Source: Pseudogymnoascus verrucosus (taxonomy: Eukaryota). From it: DNA of 64,000 nt. The stretch lies in assembly GCA_001662655.1 (NCBI GenBank), contig KV460236.1, one strand, 5' to 3'. Each line of letters starts with the position of its first letter. The first letter of the stretch is position 1. Position numbers and translations under genes: made by a program. A model generated the notes under the pieces. The model did not search any database. It saw only the letters and a program-made list of their open reading frames with translations, and had not been told where the DNA came from. This document shows, piece by piece, positions 47,857 to 59,252 of this stretch.

Positions 47857-48027
47857 GTATCAGAAATTGTTTAAATGGGCTTTAAATAACTGCCAGACGT
47901 ATCAGAATATCGAAATGGTCGAAATAATCTTTAACTAAGACGTATCAGAGTGTTTAAATTGCCTTTCTAATAACTATCACACACGTAGCAGAATCTCAAA
48001 TCATTTCTTTAAATAAGTATACCCACG
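47857..48027. repeat. Four-copy degenerate 42-43 bp AT-rich minisatellite (GTATCAGA...TTTAAATAACT...AC)
   Basis: GTATCAGA or GTAGCAGA at 47857, 47899, 47942 and 47985. Confidence 0.75.
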
Positions 48028-49018
48028 CATTGGATGAACACGCGCGCACGGCGATGAGCGAAACTTGGCAGTTAGAGGGAAGGGGAATGCGGGTTACACT
48101 TATTACTACACCACTCAACTAACTGACTCAATAAAATATAAAGTAGATTAACACGGAGGGGCACGAAGATGTATATAATCTCTCTTGTGTCTTGGTTGTA
48201 CGCGTACGCATGTAACAGTAAGCGCCACAGATCGATCTTCTCCACCAGATCACTGCCCAATTTGCTCCCGTGGTTCAGCTTGCACCGCCCTGTCTGGTTT
48301 TGCTGCGGCCGCTTTTTGTCGTCAGCGTTTATTTGTTGTACAGCGCATCGGGTAGTAAGCTGAGATCTTGGAGTACTGTACACCCCACTAGAACTACTCG
48401 TATAGTGAGTGAGTGAGTGGTAAGTGGATAAAAAGTTGGCAATACCATAAGCTTGTAGTAGACTTTGAGTGAAAAACACAGCAACACGTGGGCTACTTCC
48501 CTTCTAATTCCCCTCCCTTGTGCTGGTCCAACCTGGGGCTGGACCGTCGATCCCATCTACCAGCGAATGGCTGTGCGTCCACCACACACAGGCGAGATGA
48601 AACTAGTAACTACTCGTATGCCCCATCAGGAAACTCCAAAAGTCAATCGCCCCGTCTTCCCCAAAAAAAACCCAAGATCACCCACCCGTCCCGCCCTTCC
48701 TCACTAACTGTGCTCTCCCAGTGCCCAGCTTTCCTTGGCTTTGTCAGTTCCCGTCCGTCAGGGAGAGACAGAGGCCCTCTTATCTGCTACTTTGAGCGAC
48801 ATCAAAACCCCCGTTATTCCCTCTTCTTCTTGCGTTTTGCGACTTTTCCCACTTTCCTTGCAACTTCACCCTCCCAGGCGGCTGTCGCGTTAGCTACTAC
48901 AGCTTCTTGATACGAAATAAATCTTCCTCTTACTTCTTGAAACAGTTCATCTCTCTCTCTTTTGACACATACAACAGTGCATGACCAGATAGGAGGAGCA
49001 AACCAGTGCGTCGCAAGC

Positions 49019-50334
49019 ATGGCGCGAAGAGAAACCTCGCGCGTGTCCATCCGGCTCATGCTGAGCTATGTTCTCGACTGGATCATCATCATGTAAGTTT
49101 ACAGCTAAACTCACACTCATTCACACCTCATCCCAGCTTCACCGCTAACCCCCAACCCTCCAGCGGAGCAGCAGCCATCGGCGTAGCCCTCGGCACCATC
49201 TCCCCCAACAAACGCCCCATCTCCCTCTCCAACCCCGAGCTCTCCTACCCCGACAACCCCGACACCGTCACCATTGCCGTCGTCATCATCGTCTCCCTCG
49301 GCGCCCCCGCAGCCATAATCTTCATCGTCTCTCTCCTCCTCGTCCCCGGTCCCTCCGTCCCCAAATCCGTCCCCAAGGGCTTGATCTGGCGCCGCAAGCT
49401 GTGGGAATGGTTCACCGGCTGGCTCGGCCTGGGGATGTCCTGCGCTTCTTCCTGGCTCATCACTTCGGGTCTCAAGAACTTGGTCGGCAAGCCGCGCCCG
49501 GATGTTATTGCAAGGTGTATGCCGGATCTTAGCCAGATCGCAAAATACGCCGTTGCCGGCATCCCAGATGTCAAGGGAACGACAGTAACTCTCGTCCACG
49601 CGGGGATCTGCACAAATCCCGATCACTCCCTTCTCGACGACGGATGGCGTTCCTGGCCCAGCGGACACTCCTCATTCTCCGCCGCAGGCCTCGTCTACCT
49701 CTCCCTCTTCCTCGCCTCCAAGCTCGCCTTGACGCTCCCCTTCCTATCCCCAAAACAACCAGGGCAGTCAGATGGCTCTTACTACTCCGCCTTCCCCTCT
49801 TACCTCCCACCTGCTTCCTCAGGGGGATACGCCTCAAAATACGACCGCGACGACGCTGCCCAGGCTTCGAACTTAGATCACCGCCAAATCGCCGCGCGCA
49901 ACCAAGCTGCCTCGCCTCCGCTCTATTTGTTGGCTTTGGCATTCATCCCCACGGGAGCAGCGATGTACATCGCCGCCTCGCGGTACTCTGATTTCCGGCA
50001 CCACGGCTTCGATATCTTGTCCGGCTCCTTCATCGGCACCGTCGCGGCCTTCGCAGCGTTCCGGTACTATCACCTCCCCCTCAGCCGCGGCGCGGGATGG
50101 AGTTGGGGACCTCGCAGCAGGAGTCGCGCCTTCTGGACCGGTGTCGGGACCGGCGGCTACGTTGGTGGTAACGAGGGAAAGGAAGCAGGAGAGGCGGTGA
50201 TGATGGAGGATTTGAGCGGGCAGAGGACAGGGTATCAGGAGCAGGGAATGGATGGGGCGGGGGATTTCAATAACCCCGCGGGGAGGGGGAGGGATAGAGA
50301 TACTGTGGGTGCCCCCGTGGCGACGGCAGTTTAA
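49019..50334 (+). CDS. PAP2-family lipid phosphate phosphatase (Dpp1/Lpp1-like)
   Basis: Exon 1 MARRETSRVSIRLMLSYVLDWIII; intron ~49093-49163; catalytic motifs KNLVGKPRP, SWPSGHSS and SRYSDFRHHGFDI. A possible alternative C-terminus extends to 50564. Confidence 0.92.
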
Positions 50335-51518
50335 GGTTTTCACACCTACAAACTTTGCCTGGGGTTATGGTTATTAGTGCGCTTTTTGCTGAGACTTTTT
50401 TTTTCGCCTTGTAGGATGAATTCGAACTCCTCCATCGTGGGGACCAGGAGGGATATAGGGAGGATGCGAGGGATGAGGTGCCTGTTTCGCCGGTGCATCA
50501 GAGCCCGAGGAGGGTGAGGGGCGAGGAAACGGGGTATGAGGCGTATAGGGGGCAGGCGAGTTAGGGGGGTGGGTTTTGTTCTGGTTTTAACTAGCAGGTG
50601 GAAGGAAAGGAGGGGGAGTGGGGGAAGAGGGGTGGTGAAGGGAAGAGGGAAAGGGGGGGTGTATGTATAGGGGACAGGACGTGTTAGACTAATTTAATGC
50701 CATCACAACGTCACATCACATCCTTCCTCACATCCTCACAGTATCACATCACCATCAAAACATCACATCACATCACAGACGGGGCTTAAAAAAGTCTATA
50801 GAACAACACTGCATTCTCCCCACCCCCTAACTAAACCGCATACGTACGTAGCCTAACGAACGCACAAAACGATATAAGTTCCCCACCCCTCCCTCCCCCT
50901 TTCCTCATCTCCCCTGGGACAAACCCCCAGTGCCGGCACCGGCAGCGCCACTACATCCCTCCCTTCAACCTCTCAGACCAAATTCCACCGCTCTACACCA
51001 CACATCCCAGCTCGCGCTCTTAGAAAAAACCACGATGAAGTGAAAAATAAATGATGATGGATTAAAGCCACTTCAACCACCCAAGCCCACACATCCTCAA
51101 CATTACAAAGAACGATAATACACGCAAAAAACCACAAGAGGCATCCAGTCCCCAGACCAGACCCGACCCCCGCAGAACCAGAACCAGGTCCCATCCCCCC
51201 CGCCGCGGCCCCCCCGAATAACCGACACCGCCAAAAACACCAACAGAACAAACAAACAAACATGCGTGTCTTCGCGCGCGCGTAAAAGCGCGGACTTGGA
51301 ACGAACTGTAAAAGCAAAAGTAAAGCAAAAAAAAAAGAGCAAGACATCGTGAGCCACATTTCAAGTCGTAACGCCGTTGTTGTGTGCCAGGTATCATAGG
51401 TAAGATATGAGAAATGACTTGAAACCCCCACCCCGTGGACCGGGGGAGGGGGTAAAGCTGAAAAAGGTCAAGCAAAGGATGCGCAAGCAAGCTGGACAGA
51501 CAACACGCAGCAGCTCAA

Positions 51519-53303
51519 CTACTGCGTAAGATCCATCCCATACTCATCCTCCTCCTTAAAACTCACACTCCCCGCACCACTGCCCCCACTATTATGTCCG
51601 CTCCAATACTGGCCCCCCACGCCCACCGCCGTCGCTGCGTCCTCTCCTCCCCCATTCTCCGCGGGGCTGACGCCATTACTGCTACTATCCACATCGCCCC
51701 TCGCCGCGCCAACGGGGTCTCCCTTAATATCCGTGTGTTTGGGCACCCTCAGCCCCGTGCCGGGGGCGCGGGAGTAGGAGAAGGATGATACGCCGTTCTT
51801 GTGCATAGCGTCCACGAGCTCGGTCTGCATGCGCCTCTCGTCCTCGGTGGGTTCAAAGGGGTAGGTGCCGCCGAGGTCCGTGATAAGGTTTGCGAGTTCC
51901 TCCTGCTGCTGCAACTTGACATGAAGCATCCACATGAGATCCCTCGTCCAGCTCACCGACCCATTAAGAATATCCCCCTTATTAGGCCCCTTATCCTTCT
52001 CCTCCACCGGAATGCCCTGCGTAATATTCCCCGCCGTCGCTCTCCTTGCCCCAGGCCCCGCAAGCCCCGACGTAGCCTGCGGCGGGGAAATGCTCGTCGA
52101 TCCCAGCGTCGGGGAGAGGGGCGAGTTATTCTGCAGCGCCTTCCGCACCTTCTCGTCCTCGAGTCGGTGCATGGGGACCAGGTGGCTGAGTTCCTGGATG
52201 CGCTCGTTGATGTTATCGCGGCGGCGTCGCTCGACGAGGTTATGTGACTCGCGCCGCCTGCGTCGCTTCATCTCCTGTGTCTGCATCGCGGGGGCGCTGC
52301 CGGATTGCGCGCCGTTGAGCTTGGTGGGCATCGAGCCCGTCTTGAGGATGTCGGCGATTTGCGGGTTGGGGTGCATGCCTTGTTGGATGGGGGAGGAGAA
52401 GCCGGAGCCGGGGAAGGATTGCAGGCTGCCGACGCTTTGCTCCCATTGTGTTGAGGGGGTCTTGCGGTGGGCGCTGGTGCGGATAGGTTGGGAGGGGTAG
52501 GAGCCTGATTCTTGTCCGTTGAGGTTCATGGATCCGACACCGATGCCGATGCCAGGGGTCTTTGGCGTTAATGGTCCCCTTGAGTTTGACGGCTTGCGCT
52601 GCATTGGCAGAGACGGCCGTGTCCGTTGTTTCATGTAGTTGTCTGCGGACCCAGAATGCAGCTCAGCTGCGAGAGGGGAATTTGTGAAGGAGTTAGGTGA
52701 CTGCAGAGAGCTGCCAAATTGTTGTTGGTGTTGCTGCTGCATTTGTCTTATTTGTTGGTGGTTGAAGTTGTGCACGAACGGGCTCTGTATTGGGTCTCCG
52801 TCGGGTGTGCTGGAGTAGACGTTGACCATCTGGGGGTGCTGCTCCATCGGCATGGAGCCGGCTTGTCCGGGGTACATGGTCTGGATGTTGAAGTCGAATT
52901 CCTCGAGGTTGTTGAAATTCTGCTGGTTTTGCGGCATCCCATTGTGGCCTATGTTGGTCTGCTCTTGGAATCCACCCAGGCTTTCAAGTAGGTCATCGTC
53001 GTCTAATGCGGAGATGCCCTTCGAGTAACTGCCGTTGGGATTTGATGGTTGCGACGCAAAGTTTCCTTGGAAGCCACCGCCAAGGTAACTACCCGCTTGA
53101 ACTGACATTGGCATTGACAGGTCGTTGGGGTTTATGCTTCCATTCGTTCCAGGTGTGGAACCGAAGTTGTTGAATTGTTGTTGTGGCATGTTGAACTGCT
53201 GATGGGAATTGCCCATGAATCTTTGGTTGTGCCCGGCGGCGCCGAAGAGCTGGTCGTCAGGCTCGTCCTTGATGAAGGGACTGGACGCTCCCGTGCCAGC
53301 CAT
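51519..53303 (-). CDS. bHLH(-Zip) transcription factor, Rtg3/MiT-TFE-like
   Basis: RRESHNLVERRRRDNINERIQELSHLVP, a long loop insertion, then KGPNKGDIL..SV.W.RDL; Gln/Asn-rich N-terminus. Probable 5'-UTR intron 53678-53421. Confidence 0.88.
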   Translation of the reverse strand: MAGTGASSPFIKDEPDDQLFGAAGHNQRFMGNSHQQFNMPQQQFNNFGSTPGTNGSINPNDLSMPMSVQAGSYLGGGFQGNFASQPSNPNGSYSKGISALDDDDLLESLGGFQEQTNIGHNGMPQNQQNFNNLEEFDFNIQTMYPGQAGSMPMEQHPQMVNVYSSTPDGDPIQSPFVHNFNHQQIRQMQQQHQQQFGSSLQSPNSFTNSPLAAELHSGSADNYMKQRTRPSLPMQRKPSNSRGPLTPKTPGIGIGVGSMNLNGQESGSYPSQPIRTSAHRKTPSTQWEQSVGSLQSFPGSGFSSPIQQGMHPNPQIADILKTGSMPTKLNGAQSGSAPAMQTQEMKRRRRRESHNLVERRRRDNINERIQELSHLVPMHRLEDEKVRKALQNNSPLSPTLGSTSISPPQATSGLAGPGARRATAGNITQGIPVEEKDKGPNKGDILNGSVSWTRDLMWMLHVKLQQQEELANLITDLGGTYPFEPTEDERRMQTELVDAMHKNGVSSFSYSRAPGTGLRVPKHTDIKGDPVGAARGDVDSSSNGVSPAENGGGEDAATAVGVGGQYWSGHNSGGSGAGSVSFKEEDEYGMDLTQ

Positions 53304-56300
53304 TGTTTTTAAGAGGCCCCGGCTGTTCTCTGAAGGTTTGCGCAGCCAAGTTGTGGGCCGAAGTTTGTCTTTTCGAAGGTTGCTAGTTGGTGATTGCGGG
53401 GGTCGGAGATGTAGTAATTCCTAGAGAGCAAGACAAACATTAGCGTCTGGTCAAATCACGGTCTGCGACAACAAAGGAACCGCTGCTGCCTCTTCGGCAA
53501 TAACGGGGGAATCAAAGCATGGTAGATGCCCAGTGAGAAACAAGCCATACTGGTCTATGCCCTCTGAGCATATCGGCGCTCCACGTTCGGCGGCGCGGTA
53601 GCCTCTCCATGATGACCGGTACGGGTACAGTCGCAAACGATGCGAAAAAAAGTGAGAGGAGATTGGGATCAAGCTTACCTGAAGGTTGCAATGCTCTCTT
53701 GGCTATTAAGGGTTCGTCTCGGTGGTGGTGGTGCATCAATTACCGCTCTTACCGCTTCGAAGTTGAGGCGAAACTGCGCAATCCGGATCCGCAAGGTACT
53801 CTAGTGGGATGACAAGGATCCTGTACTTGATGTACGATCTGTGTCGCAAGCCGTCAATTGCCGTCTGACAAGGGAATAATGGAGCAACGACAGCGTATTG
53901 TGAAAGTGCAGGCGTGGCGTGTTTTGCCTGTCATGGATAAAGGGAGAGTTCGAGGTGGTAGGGTCGGGCTCGTAGATGAGCCAGACAAAAAGGCGGTGCT
54001 AGCCAAGTCGCTAGATTGCGGAGGAATTCCCACTCACGATATTTATGACAGGTAAAAAACGTGGCCGCCTTAAGACCTGGGACGAGTTCCAATCGAATCG
54101 CCGAGCTTCATACAATAATGAAGTAGAAGGGATTGGCGCACTTTCTTGTCTTGGTGTTTTGTTGAAAGCCTGGGCAAGGGAGAGTTTGTTGACCGAGGCT
54201 GTAACAGTATCGTGAGATTTGCTCACTTTGTACCGTACTGTACACAAGCGGTATATCCTCGGTGTGTAGTAGCCACTGTAAGGCAGGTATATTGGTTGGC
54301 GGATCGAAGACCAGGGAATGCCAGTCGATATTGAGTTTGTAGTAGTGTAGAATATGGGGTAATTAACACTTTGTAGTTTCGGGAAAGACGGGAATGCTGG
54401 TTGGCGACCCGGAGAAGACAAGGAAGGTGCGTAGGCTTTGGCTACTATATCGCCGAAGTGAACAGCTTACTGTTCGAGCCTGGCGCGGATGTTAAAGTGT
54501 GTGCCCAAGAGACGGAGCGAGGGCGCGAAAAGGGGCGGTGGTGGTTTGTGTCAATATAATATCGGTGTGTTGTTTAAGTGGAGCGAATCAGCGGAGTCGT
54601 TGATGTGTTTCGCTGTAATGGCGGGGAAAGGAGTGGTCTTGAGTATTGTGCGATCTGTGCATTCGTGCATTCGCCGAGTATCAGAAGTGTGGAGTAAATG
54701 TAAATGTACTCGTAAATTGTATGTACTCGAGTACTGTTGAAGGCAAGCGCGTCCGAGCTGAAGAGGCGGGCCGGGAATCTCACGATCGTATGGTGCGGGC
54801 GAGATAGGTGGGATGTGGGATAGGTGGGATAGTTTGTCGCTAAGAGCTTTCCTTTCTTTCCTTCTAACTGTCTTTAGAGGAAAAGAAGCCCGAAGTGTAT
54901 ATGGTGTATATAGCACAACGTGGACAAGGATGGGATGTAGCTGTACTACCAGTACCGGAATCCACTTAAACCCTCGTGGCTTTTCGACGATGAGATGGAT
55001 GCGACGGGTATGATGGTGTATGGGGTATGATCGGTATGGGGTGAGTCTCCAATATCGAATTTCGCCACAGTATAGTTTATTGCAAAGCTGGAGGCTAACT
55101 CTCCGTCCGTCGGCTAGATAATATACCGAGGCTGATATGATAGGTTCAACGAGCGTCGGCAAGGTGGGAAATGCTTGCTTCGAAGGTCGTTATAATATAG
55201 AGTAGAGCACAGTAGCTCCGACTTGGGTTCGTTCTTGCTTTTGAATAATCTTGGTTCCAGCGGTTAAGTTGTAAGTTGGCGGGGAACTGAAAGGTGGAAA
55301 GTGCCGTACGGCAAAGTTGCTATGAGTAGGTTGTACGGGTCGACGGCGCGCTGACAGATCCAGGTGCAGGATCGAGTCTCTCTCATGCGAAAAGAACGTG
55401 GGTAGAGTGGAAGAAGGGCCGAAGAGTGTTGTGGTAGTGTTTGCGACTTGATTTTTTGAGCTGGAGTTCGCATGGACAGGCGGTTGGTGCTCGGTCGGAT
55501 ATTGCTGCAGAAGTCGCACAGCAACGTCCTGTATGACTGGTAATCACAGCCTCTCTTGGAACAAAAAAGGCACACCGCTGCAGCCTGCGCTTGTTGTAGT
55601 TTGGTGGGTTTGTTGGATGTATGGTTGTATTGGGAGATGTCGTTTACCGCTGCAGTACTCGGTGAGAGTGCTGGTAACAGTGAGAACTTGTTTGTAGCGG
55701 TGAGTGTGCTGTGCTATATGGAGTTTTATGTCCGAGCTTGTGAAGTTTGATGTGTGAAGATGGATGTTGGCTTGACGAGAGTGAATCAACGGCGACAGTG
55801 ACTTGTGTGTGTGAGGCTACAACCAAGTTTGTTGACTGGGAGAGTATTAAAATAGTACCAACCACGCCTCAGAGTTAGAGTGAGCCGCGAGGTATAGTAC
55901 ACTCAGAGCAGTCGGTAACCACCAAGGCACCGATGATAAAAGTTCGTAAAAAGGGCTCTGAATATCGTTTGCAGTTCATGCACAGTTGTCGGGGTGATGG
56001 TAGGAAACTTTGAAAAACGTTTAAATTCTGGGACACAGTGCTTCTATTTCTATCTTTACGAGACATGGCTTTTATCAAACGGGAGTGGAGAAGGAGGAGA
56101 GGAGGAAGAGGGGCGGTGCTATGAGAACGATGAGCGATACCGACGGCCCTCCATCCTCTCATCAGACACTCCTCTCTCTCCTGACTGGTCCTCTTGACCT
56201 CTTGACCCCCCAAAAGCTCTACACATTTCTCACCTATTCTTGGTGGAGGGGGCGGCGTCCAGCCCACGTTTCCTGACTTGCCGGCGGGAGATGGGTGGGA

Positions 56301-57952
56301 GATGGGTGGGAGATGGTGGGAGATGGTGGGGGATGTGTATCATCCATGGCAAAATAGCATGGGAGAGTGACTTGCACGCTGAAGGAGGTCTCACAATTAG
56401 CTTCGATCTCGGCGTCGGTGTGTCTCAGTGTGGCAGGCACACCCTCCCTCCCTCCCACGCCTCCCTTCCCTCTCCCATTTCCCATTTCCCATTTCCCATT
56501 CCGCCATTCCCAGCCTTCGAAAGGGCGGGAAGAGGTGAGAGGTGAGAGAAGATTGTCTCTGATTTGCCTTCGAAGCCAACGTTGCTTGCCTTTTAACCCA
56601 CCTGGTTAGGTTTATGTGGAGAGAGAGCGGATCCGCAGATCGATGCACGCCCAACCCCGTATTTCCTAATTCCCATGCGGATATGCGTATATGCGTATGT
56701 ACTGTCGTCATCTCTGCCAGTATCAGATCAGGCATCCCACTTGTATCCCATTCTATTTCCAGGTACACTCATAGAATACACCGTAGATGACAAGAGTGTA
56801 GTATAGTATAGTATCTCATGGAAACTATCGATGGAAAGCCCGGAGCATTACGAGGCTAACGAGGCTATGTTTTCTCTAGTTCGGCCTCGTGTACTGTGAT
56901 ATTGTAAGCCACAGACGGGCGGTCCATGGCTCCGTTGCCGTTTACTTGATAACTGCCTTGCCGTGTGTGTCTGTGTGTGTGTGTGTGTGTGTGTGCTTGC
57001 CTTGTGCCCGCTGCCTTCCTTCCTTCCTTCCTTCCCAAAGGTCCGCGCCGACTGCCTCTTCCCTTCCCTTCTTGCCTTCCTTGCCTTCCTTGCCCACTTA
57101 TGGGTGTGGCGCTCAAATAATCCCGTTGCTCTGATTGGCTCAACTCTGCGATTATGGCTACTGTGGCTACTATGGCTTCTAGTCACCTCCACCTCCAAGA
57201 AGCTTCTCCGTCATCCACCCACGTCAACGCATACGAGAACAATCAACTACCACCACATCAACCACCACACCCCTTCAATAAAAAATAGTTTTTGAGACTT
57301 CAAAGGCGTATATACATCCCGTCCTTCTGTCTCAACCCACGCGCACTTTACACACACTTCGCACACACTCGACGTTAATTCATAGTACTCATACCGTAGT
57401 GCCCTCTCATCGACACTACTGCGCGCTTTGGTCTGCTGCCGCACTCTAGCCGATCTCCGTTCCCGCCAACCGACCAATAGGAGAGCTCGACCTCGCCAGC
57501 CTCCACCACCATCTCGACCTTGGGACAGACAGCTTCTACAGCCTCCCCATCACCACTTCCCCATAAACACGATCACGCGCCCTAGCCAATAGTCCTCACA
57601 GATCCTTACAGACCTGACATATCCCACCATCGTCTTTCGAATCCCGGTCTCCGCTAACTGGTCATTGGACACACTCCCCGACCTCAGCATCCACCACGGC
57701 GCATATCGAAACCCTCACATCTCGACCGAACCTGCGTTACTCCCTCACCCTTCTGCACTACATCCCCACACACATCGAATCTCCTCGGTGCGACTCCAAC
57801 GGCATTGATCCCAAGAGGTTATCTGAGTCAACTACCGGCATATACTCCTGCATGAGATCGGTCAACCCGAATCCTGAAGATCCTCCTTGCGTGGCGTAGC
57901 ACTCAGACACACATATCCCCCATAAACCATACACATACACATATACCAGACC

Positions 57953-59252
57953 ATGGCGTCGTCATCGTTCCGCGATTCCATGAACTCCCTAGGCTGGTCC
58001 CGCCGCGAGGAAGCACCCATAGACACCTCGCAGCAGAGCGGCCTACTCTCGTCTATCAAGTCGCTCAACCCGTTCGGAGGAGATGGATACGTCCAGCTCC
58101 CAACCACCGAGGGGCCGGGGGCACCATTACCAGCACCCAATAGGAGGGAGGAGGAAGAAGGCTTCTTTGCACGTGAGTTAAGCCCCTCTCTCGTATTTCT
58201 AGCACCTCCACCTCCACCAGTTCGCGACGGACGGGAAGGAACCTCGATCTACCCCTCCGTCCCGATCTACTGGGGCCGTCCATGTATGAGCGGGTCCCCC
58301 GATCTATCAAACTCTGCTGCATCATCTACTCTAAAGTCTAGAAAGAAAAAAGGTATGGGTCCAAGATCGTGTCTAACGTTACCTCAGTGAGCAGATGGGA
58401 CCGAATCCTGATCTTCAGCGGGTGCAACGTCGGCGCCCTCGCCTGCTTCGTCATCTGTTTCGCGCTCTTCCCCGTCATGGCGTTGAAGCCGCGCAAATTC
58501 GCTATCCTGTAAGTACTAGCCTTTTCAAAATCGCATTATTTCTATTCTTTCAGCTCCCCTTGTCACCCTTCACTGGCACGTTATGGGGCGCTTCTGAGAC
58601 AACATGCGCACGCCCCCAACCACAATCGCGCCAACGAACCTGCTAGCCGCCCATTTGCACATGCTAGCTCTTACCTCCCCCACCATCATGGGCGTGGGTG
58701 TGTGGCGCATTCCTCTGCGACTCAGTCGCCCACTCAGAGGTGGATCCCAAGCGATTTTACTTTTCTCACTTTTCGATGAAAAGCCCCTACAGTTCATGCA
58801 CCGAAGACACACAGAAGGCTAACACCAAGCCCCGATTTATAGATGGTCACTCGGGTCCGTCCTCTTCCTAGCGTCGTGGGCCGTCATGATGGGCCCGATG
58901 ACTTATGGGATGCACCTTGTGTCTGCGCAGCGGTTGCCGTTCACCGCGGCGTATTTCGGGTCTATCGGGCTGACTCTGTATTTTTCGCTCGGGGTAAGTC
59001 TTCGTCATCGTCATTGTTAAGTCTGCTGCTCCTTTGGGAGAGTGGCGAAAAGATTTGGAAGGGACATCAGCTGACCGTTTTGTGTTTTTTCCAATATAGT
59101 TGAAGAGCACGCTTTTGACTTTATTTTCGGCTATTATTCAACTAGCTTGTTTGCTTTGGTATCTTATTAGTTATTTCCCCATGGGATCGAGCGGACTGCG
59201 CCTTGCTACTACGTTTGGGGCTCGCAGGGCTGCGGCGTGGGTGTCTGGCTGA
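57953..59252 (+). CDS. SFT2: Golgi tetraspan vesicle-transport protein Sft2
   Basis: Four exons, introns 58173-58387, 58509-58842 and 58994-59099: ...FFAL-SRWDRILIF...KPRKFAILWSLGS...RLPFT..YF.SI.LTLYF...WYLISYFPMG. Confidence 0.93.

Noticed and set aside
56962..57095. (GT)n and CCTT microsatellites; also short tandems near 28229, 60075 and 60873
   Set aside because: Ordinary simple-sequence repeats.
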